Positions 10,149-20,675 of a stretch of 64,000 nucleotides of DNA are shown here, one piece after another. A model generated the notes under the pieces. That model had not been told where the DNA came from, made no database searches, and worked only from the letters and a program-made list of their open reading frames with translations. The stretch is from the NCBI GenBank assembly GCA_964611355.1, contig CAZSYD010000006.1, positions 1 to 64,000 on the forward strand. Direction: 5' to 3'. A program made the position numbers and the translations under genes. Source of the stretch: an uncultured Ignavibacteriales bacterium. Lineage in GTDB: Bacteria > Zixibacteria > MSB-5A5 > GN15 > JAAZOE01. Position 1 is the stretch's first letter. The number at the start of each line of letters is the position of its first letter.

Positions 10149-10175
10149 AAGGCCGCCGCCGGGCGGCCTTTTTTT
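10149..10175 (+). terminator. intrinsic terminator
   Basis: AAGGCCGCC-gccg-GGCGGCCTTTTTTT between convergent genes. Confidence 0.8.
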
Positions 10176-10221
10176 ATAGATCGTCCGATCTTATTGATTG
10201 AATTGATAGAAAAATCATCCG

Positions 10222-11943
10222 CTAAAACTCAATAATTATGCCGGTTGTTTCGAATCGTGTTCGTACTCGGAAAGTATCGACCGGCGTGGCGAAAGGTTCC
10301 GCCGGCTGATACGGTATTATAGATCCGTAATCAAATCTGCCGTTTCGATTTCTGTCAAGAAAAGCGGATACCGTATAATATCCCGGCAGAAGGTCCGAAA
10401 TAAAATGTTGATGACCGGGTAATAATTCCAATTCCTGCAATCTGCCATCTATGGCCGGTTTAAGGCTTATTATTACCGGATAGACTGCATCTTCGCGGTC
10501 GGAAAACCGCAATTGGCCGCTCAGTTGGCCGAGGGTATCCCTGCCAATGGTGGTGAAAGATATCGTGGTGACGGAATCTCCCATAATATTTCCCGACAGG
10601 TCGCGAACATAACTTTCATCAAGGAGCAATTGATAATCACAGCCATACAGCATTTCGGAAGCCGGAATTGCCTGGTAAACAAATTCGTTCAGGACCTTAA
10701 TCGCTACAACATCGGTGTCACCCGAACAACCGGTAAGCCGAACCGCTCGTTGAAGAGCGGAAGAATCGACCGGCTCCGAAAAAAGAAATCTGAACGTAGA
10801 ATCGACAGCCACATTCTCGGCTCCATCGGCCGGGTCGCTGTCAAGTAGTTCCGGCCTTTTGGAGTCGGTAATTTCCACTGCATTGAAACCGTATGACAAC
10901 ATCCGCAAACTGTCGTCAACGGCAGGGAATAATATTTCAAGATCAAACATCAACCGATAAGATTTTCCCGACTGGAGAGGCCCCGCAGCCAGTAAAAAAT
11001 CAGACGAAGGATACGCGGTTAAGCTCGTAAAGGCAATATCGCCGGATGACAATGCGCTGTCGTCTTCCGCTCGGACAATTGCGCTTTTTAACAGGGCCTC
11101 GGCCTCTTCCCTGTCCAATTTATCGCTGAAGCGAATTTTAATCAGACGATCAGGATTAATCGAAACCGATCGCAACTCGACAGGGCCGGTGTCAATCTTA
11201 TGCAGACGAATGTCAATACCGGTCAGATGCTTTTGCTCATCGTTGATTACCGTCTCGCGAAACGGCAGACCAATCATTTCTTTGCCGGAATTTATCCTGC
11301 GGTTCTTGTTTTGGTCGTTAAACGCCGCCAGATAGTAAATACTTTCAGGCAAATAATCGAATTTGAAATGACCGTTTTCGCCGCTCTGGGTAAAGTAATT
11401 CGGTGCAAGCGAATCGACCGGTTTATTCAACTCGTCTGGTAAGGTTTCGAAAAGGGCAAGGCTGATTGCCGCCGTTCCCTTTCCATCTTTGTAAACCGTT
11501 CCGGCGATTGACCCGGAATCAATAGTGATACCAGTGGAAAAAGCGATGCTGACCGATTGGGCTAAATTGACGTTATGCGCATCTTTCAGGTCGGTTCCCA
11601 CGGTTATTACATAGGTTTTGTCTTTTTTCAGACTGCCCGGCAGGGTTATTACAACGGAATTGCCATTTGTCTTGATCTTTGCTTCAGGATCGGGCTGAGG
11701 AGTTATAAAAACTGATTTTTCAACCGTTTTTTGATCCAGACGTTCGGAGAATTCAATAGTAACGTCGGAATCAAGAGGTACCTGTACCGACCCGGTGGGT
11801 GGTTCCGAGCGGATTATTTCAGGAGGCGTACGATCAATAGGGCCGCCCGGAGGCGGCAGCGACTTGGCACAGCCAATTATCAGAATTAAAAGAAAGGGAA
11901 AAAACAGGGGAAAACGTTTGATGGGCATCCATGCCGATTTCAC
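10222..11943 (-). CDS. Ig-like (Big_5) domain lipoprotein
   Basis: IIGCA..PPPGGPIDRTPP N-terminus; IEFSE and LFSEPV Ig repeats; D.N.NGRFD motif. Confidence 0.8.
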   Translation of the reverse strand: MKSAWMPIKRFPLFFPFLLILIIGCAKSLPPPGGPIDRTPPEIIRSEPPTGSVQVPLDSDVTIEFSERLDQKTVEKSVFITPQPDPEAKIKTNGNSVVITLPGSLKKDKTYVITVGTDLKDAHNVNLAQSVSIAFSTGITIDSGSIAGTVYKDGKGTAAISLALFETLPDELNKPVDSLAPNYFTQSGENGHFKFDYLPESIYYLAAFNDQNKNRRINSGKEMIGLPFRETVINDEQKHLTGIDIRLHKIDTGPVELRSVSINPDRLIKIRFSDKLDREEAEALLKSAIVRAEDDSALSSGDIAFTSLTAYPSSDFLLAAGPLQSGKSYRLMFDLEILFPAVDDSLRMLSYGFNAVEITDSKRPELLDSDPADGAENVAVDSTFRFLFSEPVDSSALQRAVRLTGCSGDTDVVAIKVLNEFVYQAIPASEMLYGCDYQLLLDESYVRDLSGNIMGDSVTTISFTTIGRDTLGQLSGQLRFSDREDAVYPVIISLKPAIDGRLQELELLPGHQHFISDLLPGYYTVSAFLDRNRNGRFDYGSIIPYQPAEPFATPVDTFRVRTRFETTGIIIEF

Positions 11944-13574
11944 TATCTTAGTTTCTCCTCCAGGATAAGGGAGTCGGGGTCGATCTCCAGAGCGCGGTTA
12001 TAGTATCGCAGAGCCTTTTCATTATTGCCCAATGCCTTATAGACGTCGCCAAGATGTTCGAAGATTATCGGGTCGCTGTTAATCAGGGAGGCCGCCTTTT
12101 GCAGTTCGGTCAGGGCCAGATCAAAGTTGCCCATTCTATAGTAAACCCAGCCATAGCTGTCGATATAGGCGCCGTTGTCGGGCGAGATAGCCATGGCTTT
12201 TTCAATCAATTCCAGGGCATAGGTCAACTGCTCGCCACGATCAGCCAGCATATAGCCAAGGTAATTAAGGGCCGGTGCGTGCTCGGAATTTATTCGTATC
12301 AATTCTCGGAAAACTGTTACTGCTTCGTAAAATTGCCCGGCTCTTTCCAGAGAGGCGCCCAGCGCGAAGAGCAGTCGGGTTTTGTCTTTGTCGTCGGCGC
12401 AGAACTCAACCCCCCGCCGCAATATCTCAATAGATTTATCCAGACTGTCCAGTTCCCGGTAAACGAAGCCGAGATTCAGCCAACCATCGGCAAAGGAACT
12501 GTCTTTCCGAATTGTCTGACGGAGAAAGCTCGACGCCTCCGTAAATCGTTTCTCTTCGAAAGCTATTCTTCCGCGATAGAAATAGTTAAGGATGTTCTCA
12601 TCGCCGAATTCGATGCGGCTCTCAAAAAGGGAGTCGGCGCGATCAAGCTGGCCGTCGCTATAAAGAAGAACTCCAAGCCTGCGCTGAGTCACCCAGTCCG
12701 AGGGTACCAGCGACACCAGCTTTTCGGAAGCGGTTATAGCTTTCCTGGCTTCCCCGCGTCCTATATACATCGCCTGCATGTGGCGAAATATTGTGACATC
12801 GTAAGGGTCAAGCTCAACAGCCTTTTCATAAGTTTCTTCCGCTCTTTCAAGCGAATCAAGGGCGTCATAGGTGGTGGCCAGTCCGAGATATGAGTTGATA
12901 TTGTTCTTCCCGGAATTCAACTCGATTGATTTATTATATGCGTCAAGCGCCTCTTTATACCTTTTATTCTGGCCGAGCATTGTGCCCAGTTCCTGCCAGA
13001 TTCGATATGTATCGGAAAGACGAGCCAGTTGATAATAGATATTTATTGCGGAATCGGATTTCCCCGCCTGCCTGTAATAACCGGCCATATACCAGTAGGC
13101 GTTGATATTGTCGGGATCAAGTTCAATCGAGAGGCCGTAATATTTCATCGCCAGGTCGGGCTGCTCCTTCAGGCGGTAGCAATCTCCAATCAGCAGGTTA
13201 ATGTCGGAGGTTTTAGGTTCTATTAAAAGGGCCTGTTCGAGCGCTTCGGCAGTACGTTGAAGACGGAACAATAAACGGGCATAATCGGTTCGGATGGTAG
13301 GCGATTCGGGGAAATATCTGAGAGCGTTTTTGTATTCTTTTAAGGCGTCCGGATACAGCCCGAAAAGTTCGAGAAGGTTGGCGTTGACAAAATGATTGTA
13401 CCCCCTTGCCGACATCGGCTGGGCGGTCCTTGATCGGCTCTCTTCCGGCTGAGACGCCAAACGCCCCTTGCCGCCGCACCCGATCAGGAAAATCAAGGCC
13501 ATGGCCAAAACCGGCCACGCTTTTATCGAGGTACGATTTGTTTTTGGCAGCGTCATATATTTTTTAACGTTCAC
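11943..13574 (-). CDS. tetratricopeptide repeat lipoprotein
   Basis: Lipobox LIGC; many TPRs; ALNYLGYMLAD...AYIDSYGWVYY...EHLGDVY. Confidence 0.88.
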   Translation of the reverse strand: MNVKKYMTLPKTNRTSIKAWPVLAMALIFLIGCGGKGRLASQPEESRSRTAQPMSARGYNHFVNANLLELFGLYPDALKEYKNALRYFPESPTIRTDYARLLFRLQRTAEALEQALLIEPKTSDINLLIGDCYRLKEQPDLAMKYYGLSIELDPDNINAYWYMAGYYRQAGKSDSAINIYYQLARLSDTYRIWQELGTMLGQNKRYKEALDAYNKSIELNSGKNNINSYLGLATTYDALDSLERAEETYEKAVELDPYDVTIFRHMQAMYIGRGEARKAITASEKLVSLVPSDWVTQRRLGVLLYSDGQLDRADSLFESRIEFGDENILNYFYRGRIAFEEKRFTEASSFLRQTIRKDSSFADGWLNLGFVYRELDSLDKSIEILRRGVEFCADDKDKTRLLFALGASLERAGQFYEAVTVFRELIRINSEHAPALNYLGYMLADRGEQLTYALELIEKAMAISPDNGAYIDSYGWVYYRMGNFDLALTELQKAASLINSDPIIFEHLGDVYKALGNNEKALRYYNRALEIDPDSLILEEKLR

Positions 13575-13594
13575 GGGCGGATAAGTTTCCCTGT

Positions 13595-14812
13595 TTATTT
13601 AACGATTTTGAAAAATCTTCGCTTGCCGACCTTGAATAGCATTCCTTCGGAAAGTTTCAGTTCAAGCGATTCATCCGAGATCCGTTCATCGTTCAGATAA
13701 AGCCCCCCTCCTTTAATCAATCGTCTCGCTTCACCGCCCGATTTGACCATCCCGGTTTGGGCCAGAAGTTTTATGACCCAGATTCTCTCTCCAAGTTCGG
13801 ATATGGAATATTCCGGTATATCGTCGGGTATGCCCTTATCGGTGAACATTCGCCTGAACTCCGCCCGGGCTTTTTCCGCCGCTTCTTCGTCGTGGTACAT
13901 CGAAACAAGTCTGAAAGCGAGTTCCTTTTTTGGTATCATCGGGTTGAATTCGAGCGATAAAAGCTTTTCCTTGATCTCTTTCAGGTATGCCGCGTCAACA
14001 TCCGTAACCAACTCAAAATAGGAATAAATCAAATTATCCGGAATCGACATCACCTTACCGTAAATTTCCCTGGCCGATTCGTTGATGCCGATATAATTCC
14101 CCATCGATTTGCTCATTCGTTCAACGCCGTCGGTGCCGACCAGTATAGGGAGTGTAAGTATACACTGCGGCACTTGGCCGTAGGCTTCCTGTATTTGTCT
14201 CCCGGCGACCAGATTGAATTTCTGTTCCGTTGCGCCTATTTCGATATCGGCCTTAATCATGACCGAATCGTAGGCCTGCATCAGAGGATAGAAGAACTCG
14301 TGCAAGGCAATCGGGATGCCTCCTCTGTATCTTTTCTCAAAATCATCTCGCTCCAGCATCCGGGCGATGGTGAAATTGGAAGCCAGTTGCATTATATCTT
14401 TGAGTCCCATTCCCTTAAACCATTCGCCGTTAAAATGAACCTCGGTTTTTGGTTTTTCGACTATCTTGAAAAATTGCTTTTGATACGTTTCCGCGTTTTT
14501 CATCAACTGGTCGTATGAAAGCTGCGGCCGTATGGCCGAACGCCCTGAAGGATCACCCACCATACCGGTATAATCGCCGATAATCAGGATTACCCGGTGG
14601 CCCAGGTCCTGGAACTGCCGTAACTTGCGCAATCCGACGGTATGGCCAAGGTGGATATCCGGGGCGGTCGGATCAAAACCCTGTTTTACCCGAAGGGGCT
14701 TATTATTTTTAATGGAATTGGCCAGTTTTCCCGTAAATTCATCTTCAGGCAGGAGTTCTACGGCTCCTTTTTTGATAATTTCCAACTGGTATCTGACTTC
14801 TTGGTCTGTCAT
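13595..14812 (-). CDS. tyrS: tyrosine--tRNA ligase
   Basis: GFDPTAPDIHLGH (HIGH), YPLMQAYDS, RMSKS (KMSKS), C-terminal S4 domain (VGKRRF). Confidence 0.97.
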   Translation of the reverse strand: MTDQEVRYQLEIIKKGAVELLPEDEFTGKLANSIKNNKPLRVKQGFDPTAPDIHLGHTVGLRKLRQFQDLGHRVILIIGDYTGMVGDPSGRSAIRPQLSYDQLMKNAETYQKQFFKIVEKPKTEVHFNGEWFKGMGLKDIMQLASNFTIARMLERDDFEKRYRGGIPIALHEFFYPLMQAYDSVMIKADIEIGATEQKFNLVAGRQIQEAYGQVPQCILTLPILVGTDGVERMSKSMGNYIGINESAREIYGKVMSIPDNLIYSYFELVTDVDAAYLKEIKEKLLSLEFNPMIPKKELAFRLVSMYHDEEAAEKARAEFRRMFTDKGIPDDIPEYSISELGERIWVIKLLAQTGMVKSGGEARRLIKGGGLYLNDERISDESLELKLSEGMLFKVGKRRFFKIVK

Positions 14813-14941
14813 ACTATCTACAGATCGGCTGTTTTGTTTTACTTTTCACCTTGCTTCAAACTAAACAGGATACACAATGTATAATCAATTGGCAACATTT
14901 TTTCTTGTCTAATGTATTGTGGAGGCATAAGTTCCCGTATA

Positions 14942-17080
14942 ATGGTCCGGCAACCGACAAAACACCCTAATCGTGTAAATCGAAAATGGTACTCTCGACC
15001 TCTCCCCTGGCTTTTGGTCATTCTGTTTGTTCTTCTCGTTCTGGCGGCGAGGCGAACGTACCATATTTATCAATATGAGCTGCCCTCAATTGAAGAGGTT
15101 TACAATATCGAGCCGCCGCTTAAAACAAAAATCTATGCCTCCGACGGCGCGTTGCTTAAAGAATACTATAACCAGAACCGAATTCTGACCCCGTACTCAA
15201 AAATCCCGCCCAATATGGTCGCTATGCTTCTGGCGGTTGAGGATAAGGAATTCCCTGATCACTGGGGAATTAGTCCTCGCCGGATACTGGTAGTCGCCGT
15301 TAATAATCTGCTTAAAATGAGAATTGAGGCCGGCGCCTCGACCATTACCCAACAGCTGGCCCGAATGCTGTTTCTGACTCGAAGGCAGACGTATGAACGA
15401 AAATTCAAGGAAGCCCTGACGTCTATTAAACTTGAACGAACCTATTCCAAGACCGAAATCATCGAAATGTATCTCAACCTTTATTATTTCCATCGAGCCT
15501 ACGGCGTGGCGGCGGCGGCGAAGGTCTGCTTCAGCAAAGATGTCACCGAACTGAATATTAACGATTGCGCCATCCTGCTGGGAATGCTGAAAGGCCCGAC
15601 CATTAACTCTCCTTTCAATAACCCGGAAAAATCCCTGCAGGCCAGAAATAGGGTTTTATACGCCTATTACAAGAATGGCGGAATAAGCCGAATCGTATAC
15701 GATTCACTGAGAGCTCAACCGCTGGAGATAAACCCGCCGGAGGAAGAACCCGGCCAAGCCCCATATTTTACCGAATTTATTCGGCAATATATAGAAAATA
15801 AATATGGCGTGGACAAGCTGTACAACGGCGGCCTGAAGATTCAAACCGCCCTCGACCTGGACCTGCAACGGGCTGCCGAGAAAGCCGTGGCCTGCCACCT
15901 TGATTCTTTACAGGCGCTGATAGAATCGCTGCATAAACCTACCGATCTTCATTATACCATGATTCTTCCGGACACGGTTGATGAGAACGGCGATAGTATC
16001 CGTTCGTACAAGCAAATCCAGGGGTCCGCGATTGTTATTGATAATAAAACGGGCGATGTTATGGCCATGATCGGCGGACGAGATTTTAACGAGACCGAAT
16101 ACAATCGGGCGGTCCAGGCTCCTCGCCAGCCCGGTTCGGCCTTCAAGCCGTTTGTCTATACGGCCGCCATCGACAACGGTTGGACGCCCGACTCAATCCT
16201 CTACGACAACTCCATTGTCCTCGATATTCCCGGCAGTCAGGATTGGCGACCTCATAACTTCGATTACAAATACCTGGGACGTATGACAATCCGCACCGGA
16301 CTGAAAAAGTCACGCAATATGATTGCCATAAAACTGATTTTGAAAATCCGACCGGAACTGGCCGTCTTCTACGCTCAGCAGTTGGGTATTAAAAGCCCCC
16401 TTCGCGCTGTTCCCTCGCTGGCTATCGGAACCAGCGAGGTGCGTCTGGAGGAAATCACTTCGGCTTTCACCGTTTTTCCCAACGGCGGCATAAGAATTCC
16501 ACCCCGTTATATCCTGAGTATAGAAGACCGCTACGGCAATATCCTGGAAGATAACAGCGCCATCCACAAGGAAGAGGTCCTGGCCGAAGAGACCGCTTAT
16601 ATTATGGTAAATCTACTGCAATCGGTTATGGAACCGGGCGGCACCGGCTATGGAGCCAGGTGGCGCGGGTTTACCCGCCCAGCCGGCGGCAAGACCGGAA
16701 CATCCGATGATTTTCGCGACAACTGGTATATAGGTTTTACGCCGCAGGTTACTACCGGCGTGTGGGTCGGTTTTGACGATAATAGGTCCATCGGTCACAA
16801 TATGACCGGGTCCGCCAATGGCCTGCCGATTTGGACCCAAATAATGCTGGCGGCTCATCAGGATAAGCCGGTAGAGGATTTTATCGTTCCACCCGGTATA
16901 ATCTTTGCCGATATTTGCAGCGAAAGCGGAAAGCTGGCAACCAAACATTGCAAGAACGTTGTTACCGAAGTCTATACCATAAATACTGTGCCGACGGATA
17001 GCTGCGATATCCATACCGGCAACTCATACGACAGTAAAGATAATATCCCTGCCGACACTGCCGAATCGATTCGGTTTTAG
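14942..17080 (+). CDS. class A penicillin-binding protein (PBP1A family)
   Basis: Glycosyltransferase motifs EDKEF, GASTITQQL and RKFKE; transpeptidase motifs GSAFKP, SRN and GKTGT. Confidence 0.95.
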   Translation: MVRQPTKHPNRVNRKWYSRPLPWLLVILFVLLVLAARRTYHIYQYELPSIEEVYNIEPPLKTKIYASDGALLKEYYNQNRILTPYSKIPPNMVAMLLAVEDKEFPDHWGISPRRILVVAVNNLLKMRIEAGASTITQQLARMLFLTRRQTYERKFKEALTSIKLERTYSKTEIIEMYLNLYYFHRAYGVAAAAKVCFSKDVTELNINDCAILLGMLKGPTINSPFNNPEKSLQARNRVLYAYYKNGGISRIVYDSLRAQPLEINPPEEEPGQAPYFTEFIRQYIENKYGVDKLYNGGLKIQTALDLDLQRAAEKAVACHLDSLQALIESLHKPTDLHYTMILPDTVDENGDSIRSYKQIQGSAIVIDNKTGDVMAMIGGRDFNETEYNRAVQAPRQPGSAFKPFVYTAAIDNGWTPDSILYDNSIVLDIPGSQDWRPHNFDYKYLGRMTIRTGLKKSRNMIAIKLILKIRPELAVFYAQQLGIKSPLRAVPSLAIGTSEVRLEEITSAFTVFPNGGIRIPPRYILSIEDRYGNILEDNSAIHKEEVLAEETAYIMVNLLQSVMEPGGTGYGARWRGFTRPAGGKTGTSDDFRDNWYIGFTPQVTTGVWVGFDDNRSIGHNMTGSANGLPIWTQIMLAAHQDKPVEDFIVPPGIIFADICSESGKLATKHCKNVVTEVYTINTVPTDSCDIHTGNSYDSKDNIPADTAESIRF

Positions 17081-17183
17081 AATAACTGACACGCGCCGGT
17101 TCTTTTCTAATTTATTCGTGATTACAACAAGAGGGTTATAATTCAATTTGTACCGCTACAGGTCTTTCTACAACATTATCCGC

Positions 17184-17213
17184 TTGACATAAAGCGATAG
17201 CTGAGGCTATTAT
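17184..17213 (+). promoter_or_regulatory. sigma70-type promoter for tRNA-Leu
   Basis: TTGACA-N18-TATTAT, 22 nt upstream of the tRNA. Confidence 0.6.
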
Positions 17214-17235
17214 TACACGCGGTCGAATCTATAAT

Positions 17236-17319
17236 GCCGGAGTGGTGAAACTGGTAGACGCAGGGGACTCAAAATCCCCCGATGGCAACATCATGTCGGT
17301 TCGAGTCCGACCTCCGGCA
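17236..17319 (+). tRNA. tRNA-Leu (CAA)
   Basis: Acceptor stem GCCGGAG/CTCCGGC, D loop, anticodon arm GGGGA-CTCAAAA-TCCCC, long variable arm, GGTTCGAGTCC T arm. CCA is not encoded. Confidence 0.96.
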
Positions 17320-17548
17320 TTGAAAGACCTTAACGTCCAATGGCAATCTGCGAATATAAATCGCACCACCCAAGTCCAAAATCCGTCTCCGAAACAGGAG
17401 CAACGGTTAATTACATCCTATGATTTTCTCTCATAAACAGAGTTTGCCATGTTTGATCTGCTTGCCCCGCCATCGACTTCAACTGCCTCCACCGCCGCGA
17501 AGTGCCTTTAGGGTTGAAAGACTGCATGTACACAAGGCCCTGGACTTA

Positions 17549-19717
17549 TTAGTGTATCGTCAATTCGTCCAACAGTGCTTTCAGGTGGTACACCTTGTCT
17601 ATTACGAACAGCACATACCGGATGTCGACCACAATCGAGCGGGCCAGCTCCGGATTGTACAGGTAGTCGGCTGCCACAGATTCATAATTGCCGTCGAAAT
17701 CCAGACCGATCAACTCACCCATGCCGTTTATTATCGGGCTACCGGAATTACCGCCGGTGCCGTCGTTAGTGGTCAGGAAATTGACCGGAACATCGTTAAT
17801 GGTGGGGTCCACATAGGAACCGAAGTCCTGTCTGGTATAGGCCTTCTTAAGTTCCTCGGGAACAATGAACGGGTCTTCGTCTGTTTCCTTTTCCATAACT
17901 CCGCTCAAGCCGGTCAGGTGGCTGTAATGTATGGCATCACGGGGCGAATAGCCTTTCACCGAACCATAATTGAAGCGCATGGTGCCGTTGGCATCCGGGT
18001 ATAGTTCATCGCCTTTCCATTCGGCATATGCGGCAATCAATCTTGGCTCCAGTTTGGTAGAAGCACCGGAATGTTTCTTGCGGCGTTCTGTTTGCTCATC
18101 GCGTTCCGGTTTGAGCGAGATAGCCAGATCAATGAACGGGTCATCCAGTTCCTCCAGTTCCTTTTTACTTATACCGAACATCTTCATCCGCTGATCAAGA
18201 TCACCGATGGCAGTCTTGCTGTACAGGCTGTCAAGGTATTCGTCGAGCCGGGCTTCTCTCTCCGCGCTCTGCATCCCGGCAAATATTTTATCAATAGCTT
18301 CAATTTTCTGCTCTTGCGGAAGGTCAAAGGCCCTTTTGACGAAGTACCTCAGTATATCTTTGTCGAATGAAGGCACCAAGTTGATCTGGGCATTTTCGAG
18401 CCATTCCCTGTTTGAGATGGAGTCGCGATCTTGATACCCACGCTCCCGCTCCATGTCATCCTTCTCCCGCTCCACAGCCCATTTGTAAATACCGTTGGCC
18501 ATCCCCAGGAAGTCTGACCAGCCAAGCGAGCCGAGCACAAAATCCTTGTCACGGGTCTTGCGTTGCTCATGATAAAGACTGTCCAAACCGGGAAGGACAT
18601 CCGCGTACTTCTTCTTCAAATTGACATCCGCATTTAGGAATTCGACCAGGAGCTTCTCGTCCTCGACTTTCTTCCGCAAAAGACCAGCTTTCGTGAACCC
18701 CTCCAGCATCGCATAGCTGTTCTTCAGACCATTGTTTATCCCAGCATCCATCGATGCCAGCCGTATATCGACAGATGAATCCCTCGCCCCGGCCTGGCTG
18801 ATCAACTCAAGTACGTCTTCGAACATGCGGATTGCATTGGGATAGTGGTAATTGACAAGATCATCAATATAATACGAACTGGTGTACCTGCTCGTACGCC
18901 CCGGGAATCCGATTATCATGGAAAAATCGCCTTCCTTGATGCCGGTCGAGGAGATAGGCAGGTACGTTTCTGACTGGTACGGAACATTTTCCTCGGCGTA
19001 CTCGGCTGAACTGCCGTCCGGGGCAACGTAGGCGCGCAGGAACGAGAAATCCCCTGTGTGACGCGGCCACATCCAATTGTCAATATCGCCGCCGTACTTG
19101 CCGATCGAGGCCGGTGGAACATACACAATGCGGACGTCCCGAATCCTGAAATAGGTATACAGGACATATTGCTTACCGCCGTACATCTTCGCCAGCCGGC
19201 ATCTGACATCCCGGCCTTCTTCGGCTTCCTTGATAATCTCCTTGGTGACTCTGTCAATTTCCTGGTAGCGTTCGAAAGCAGTCATGGAATCATCCAGCAC
19301 GGTCAAAACTCGCTCCGTCATATCATCCATTGTCAGAGTGACGTAGACATTGTACCCGATGGCCGGGATTTCTTCCTCCCGGGTGGCCGCATAGAACCCT
19401 TTGGCAATCAGGTCTTGCTCGACGGTGCTCTGTCTCTGGACGGCGCCGTAAGCGACATGGTGATTCGTAATTATCAGACCCTCGGCGGATACAAAGGAGC
19501 CGGTGGCGCCAACCATGACTACGGCATCGCAGATGCCGCCCCCTTGCGGATTATAGATCTGATCCGGCTCCAGCATCAAGCCTTGAGACTTCAGGCTGTC
19601 GAAGGGAAGCTTGTGGAGGTCATAAAGCGGCCACATGCCCTCATTGGCCGACACATATTTGCCAGCGAGGACGAGGAACAGTAGCATTACCGGCAGCGAA
19701 AAGTATCTTCGATCCAC
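17549..19717 (-). CDS. S46 family dipeptidyl peptidase (DPP7-like)
   Basis: Signal peptide then NEGMW; TNHH; DNWMWPRHTGDF; TGGNSGSP; FDGN; AGGAGG RBS. Confidence 0.95.
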   Translation of the reverse strand: MDRRYFSLPVMLLFLVLAGKYVSANEGMWPLYDLHKLPFDSLKSQGLMLEPDQIYNPQGGGICDAVVMVGATGSFVSAEGLIITNHHVAYGAVQRQSTVEQDLIAKGFYAATREEEIPAIGYNVYVTLTMDDMTERVLTVLDDSMTAFERYQEIDRVTKEIIKEAEEGRDVRCRLAKMYGGKQYVLYTYFRIRDVRIVYVPPASIGKYGGDIDNWMWPRHTGDFSFLRAYVAPDGSSAEYAEENVPYQSETYLPISSTGIKEGDFSMIIGFPGRTSRYTSSYYIDDLVNYHYPNAIRMFEDVLELISQAGARDSSVDIRLASMDAGINNGLKNSYAMLEGFTKAGLLRKKVEDEKLLVEFLNADVNLKKKYADVLPGLDSLYHEQRKTRDKDFVLGSLGWSDFLGMANGIYKWAVEREKDDMERERGYQDRDSISNREWLENAQINLVPSFDKDILRYFVKRAFDLPQEQKIEAIDKIFAGMQSAEREARLDEYLDSLYSKTAIGDLDQRMKMFGISKKELEELDDPFIDLAISLKPERDEQTERRKKHSGASTKLEPRLIAAYAEWKGDELYPDANGTMRFNYGSVKGYSPRDAIHYSHLTGLSGVMEKETDEDPFIVPEELKKAYTRQDFGSYVDPTINDVPVNFLTTNDGTGGNSGSPIINGMGELIGLDFDGNYESVAADYLYNPELARSIVVDIRYVLFVIDKVYHLKALLDELTIH

Positions 19718-20021
19718 AATAAACCTCCTTGCAGAACTGTTTTGCGTTTTTTACATCTTAGGTAATAGAGTATATAAATTAAAATATAGTTGCCATAATC
19801 GCAAGCCTTTTCCCGCACACGCGGAAAATATAAATGCTGATCCAGAAATGTAATACGTGGGGGCTGAATAGTACGCTTTCCATACCTCAAAATAGCCTCC
19901 TGAAATTGAAATCAAGGTATTATCAATAAATTACGCCTGGGCTTCCTCACTATACAACGGTTAATTCAATAGCACTCCCCAATCTACCCTTATGGTGAGT
20001 ATCTACCGGGGATTTGGTCCC

Positions 20022-20114
20022 TGCCGAGATAATAACAATACTATAATCGTCGACGTTGCAGTTTATTCAATTACATACATATCCAACAACAGTCACGCGC
20101 CGCTGGTTGGTTGT
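20022..20114 (+). pseudogene. degenerate dockerin half-repeat relic
   Basis: CRDNNNTIIVDVAVYSITYISNNSHAP aligns with the local dockerin pattern CGDAN...INVGDAVYxINYxFKxGPxP. Confidence 0.4.
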
Positions 20115-20150
20115 GCGGAGCCGGAATCCAAAGCCGGGCCGCGACCTTAT

Positions 20151-20675
20151 CTATCGATGGATAACGAGGTCGTCGAGTGACCTGCGACCGGTTGGGGCCG
20201 GTGTTTCATCCGGGTACCCCAGCGGCAGCATAAGGATCGGAACATGAGTGGCCGGCGCGTCAATTGCCAGCGCCACTCCGGTCTCCTCAAATGCGCCCAC
20301 CATAACACTGCCCAGACCCGAAGCCACCGCCGCCAGGTGCGCAATCGTGGCGGCGATAGTCGCATCCTGAAGGCAGTACAGGGTTTTCCCCCTTTCGCCA
20401 TAGGTTGCCGAGCGATCCGCGTCGGTGCAGAAAACCAGTACGGCCGGTGCGCTCGATACACAGGTCTGGTTGTGCGCCGCCTTCGCAAGCGCCCGGATAA
20501 CCTCCGGAGTTTCGACTAAATATACCTGGTATGCCTGCAGGTTCCCTGCGGTTGGCGCCGACTGAACGGCTTTTAACAATCGCGTCATAATTTCGGGTTC
20601 AATTATTCGCGTTTTAAATGCCCGCACCGACCGGCGTGCTTTGACAGCTTCGTAAAAAAGCATTTCCTTATTCAT
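20151..20675 (-). CDS. nitroreductase family protein
   Basis: RRSVRAF, APTAGNLQ, LQDA...GLGS..VGAF and LGYP motifs. Confidence 0.92.
   Translation of the reverse strand: MNKEMLFYEAVKARRSVRAFKTRIIEPEIMTRLLKAVQSAPTAGNLQAYQVYLVETPEVIRALAKAAHNQTCVSSAPAVLVFCTDADRSATYGERGKTLYCLQDATIAATIAHLAAVASGLGSVMVGAFEETGVALAIDAPATHVPILMLPLGYPDETPAPTGRRSLDDLVIHR

Noticed and set aside
14813..14941. T-box leader for tyrS
   Set aside because: The region is too short and has no T-box (AAGGTGGxACC) motif or terminator.
17420..18004. Long alternative-frame or antisense ORFs (also 12054..12893, 38900..39721, 51059..51961, 63326..63967)
   Set aside because: They are shadows of well-supported genes on the opposite strand and carry no recognisable motifs.
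20022..20114. Diversity-generating retroelement template repeat for dockerins
   Set aside because: No reverse transcriptase in the window, no near-identical variable repeat, and the differences are not adenine-specific.
17320..20150. Genomic island integrated at tRNA-Leu
   Set aside because: No integrase and no duplicated tRNA 3' end were found by eye.
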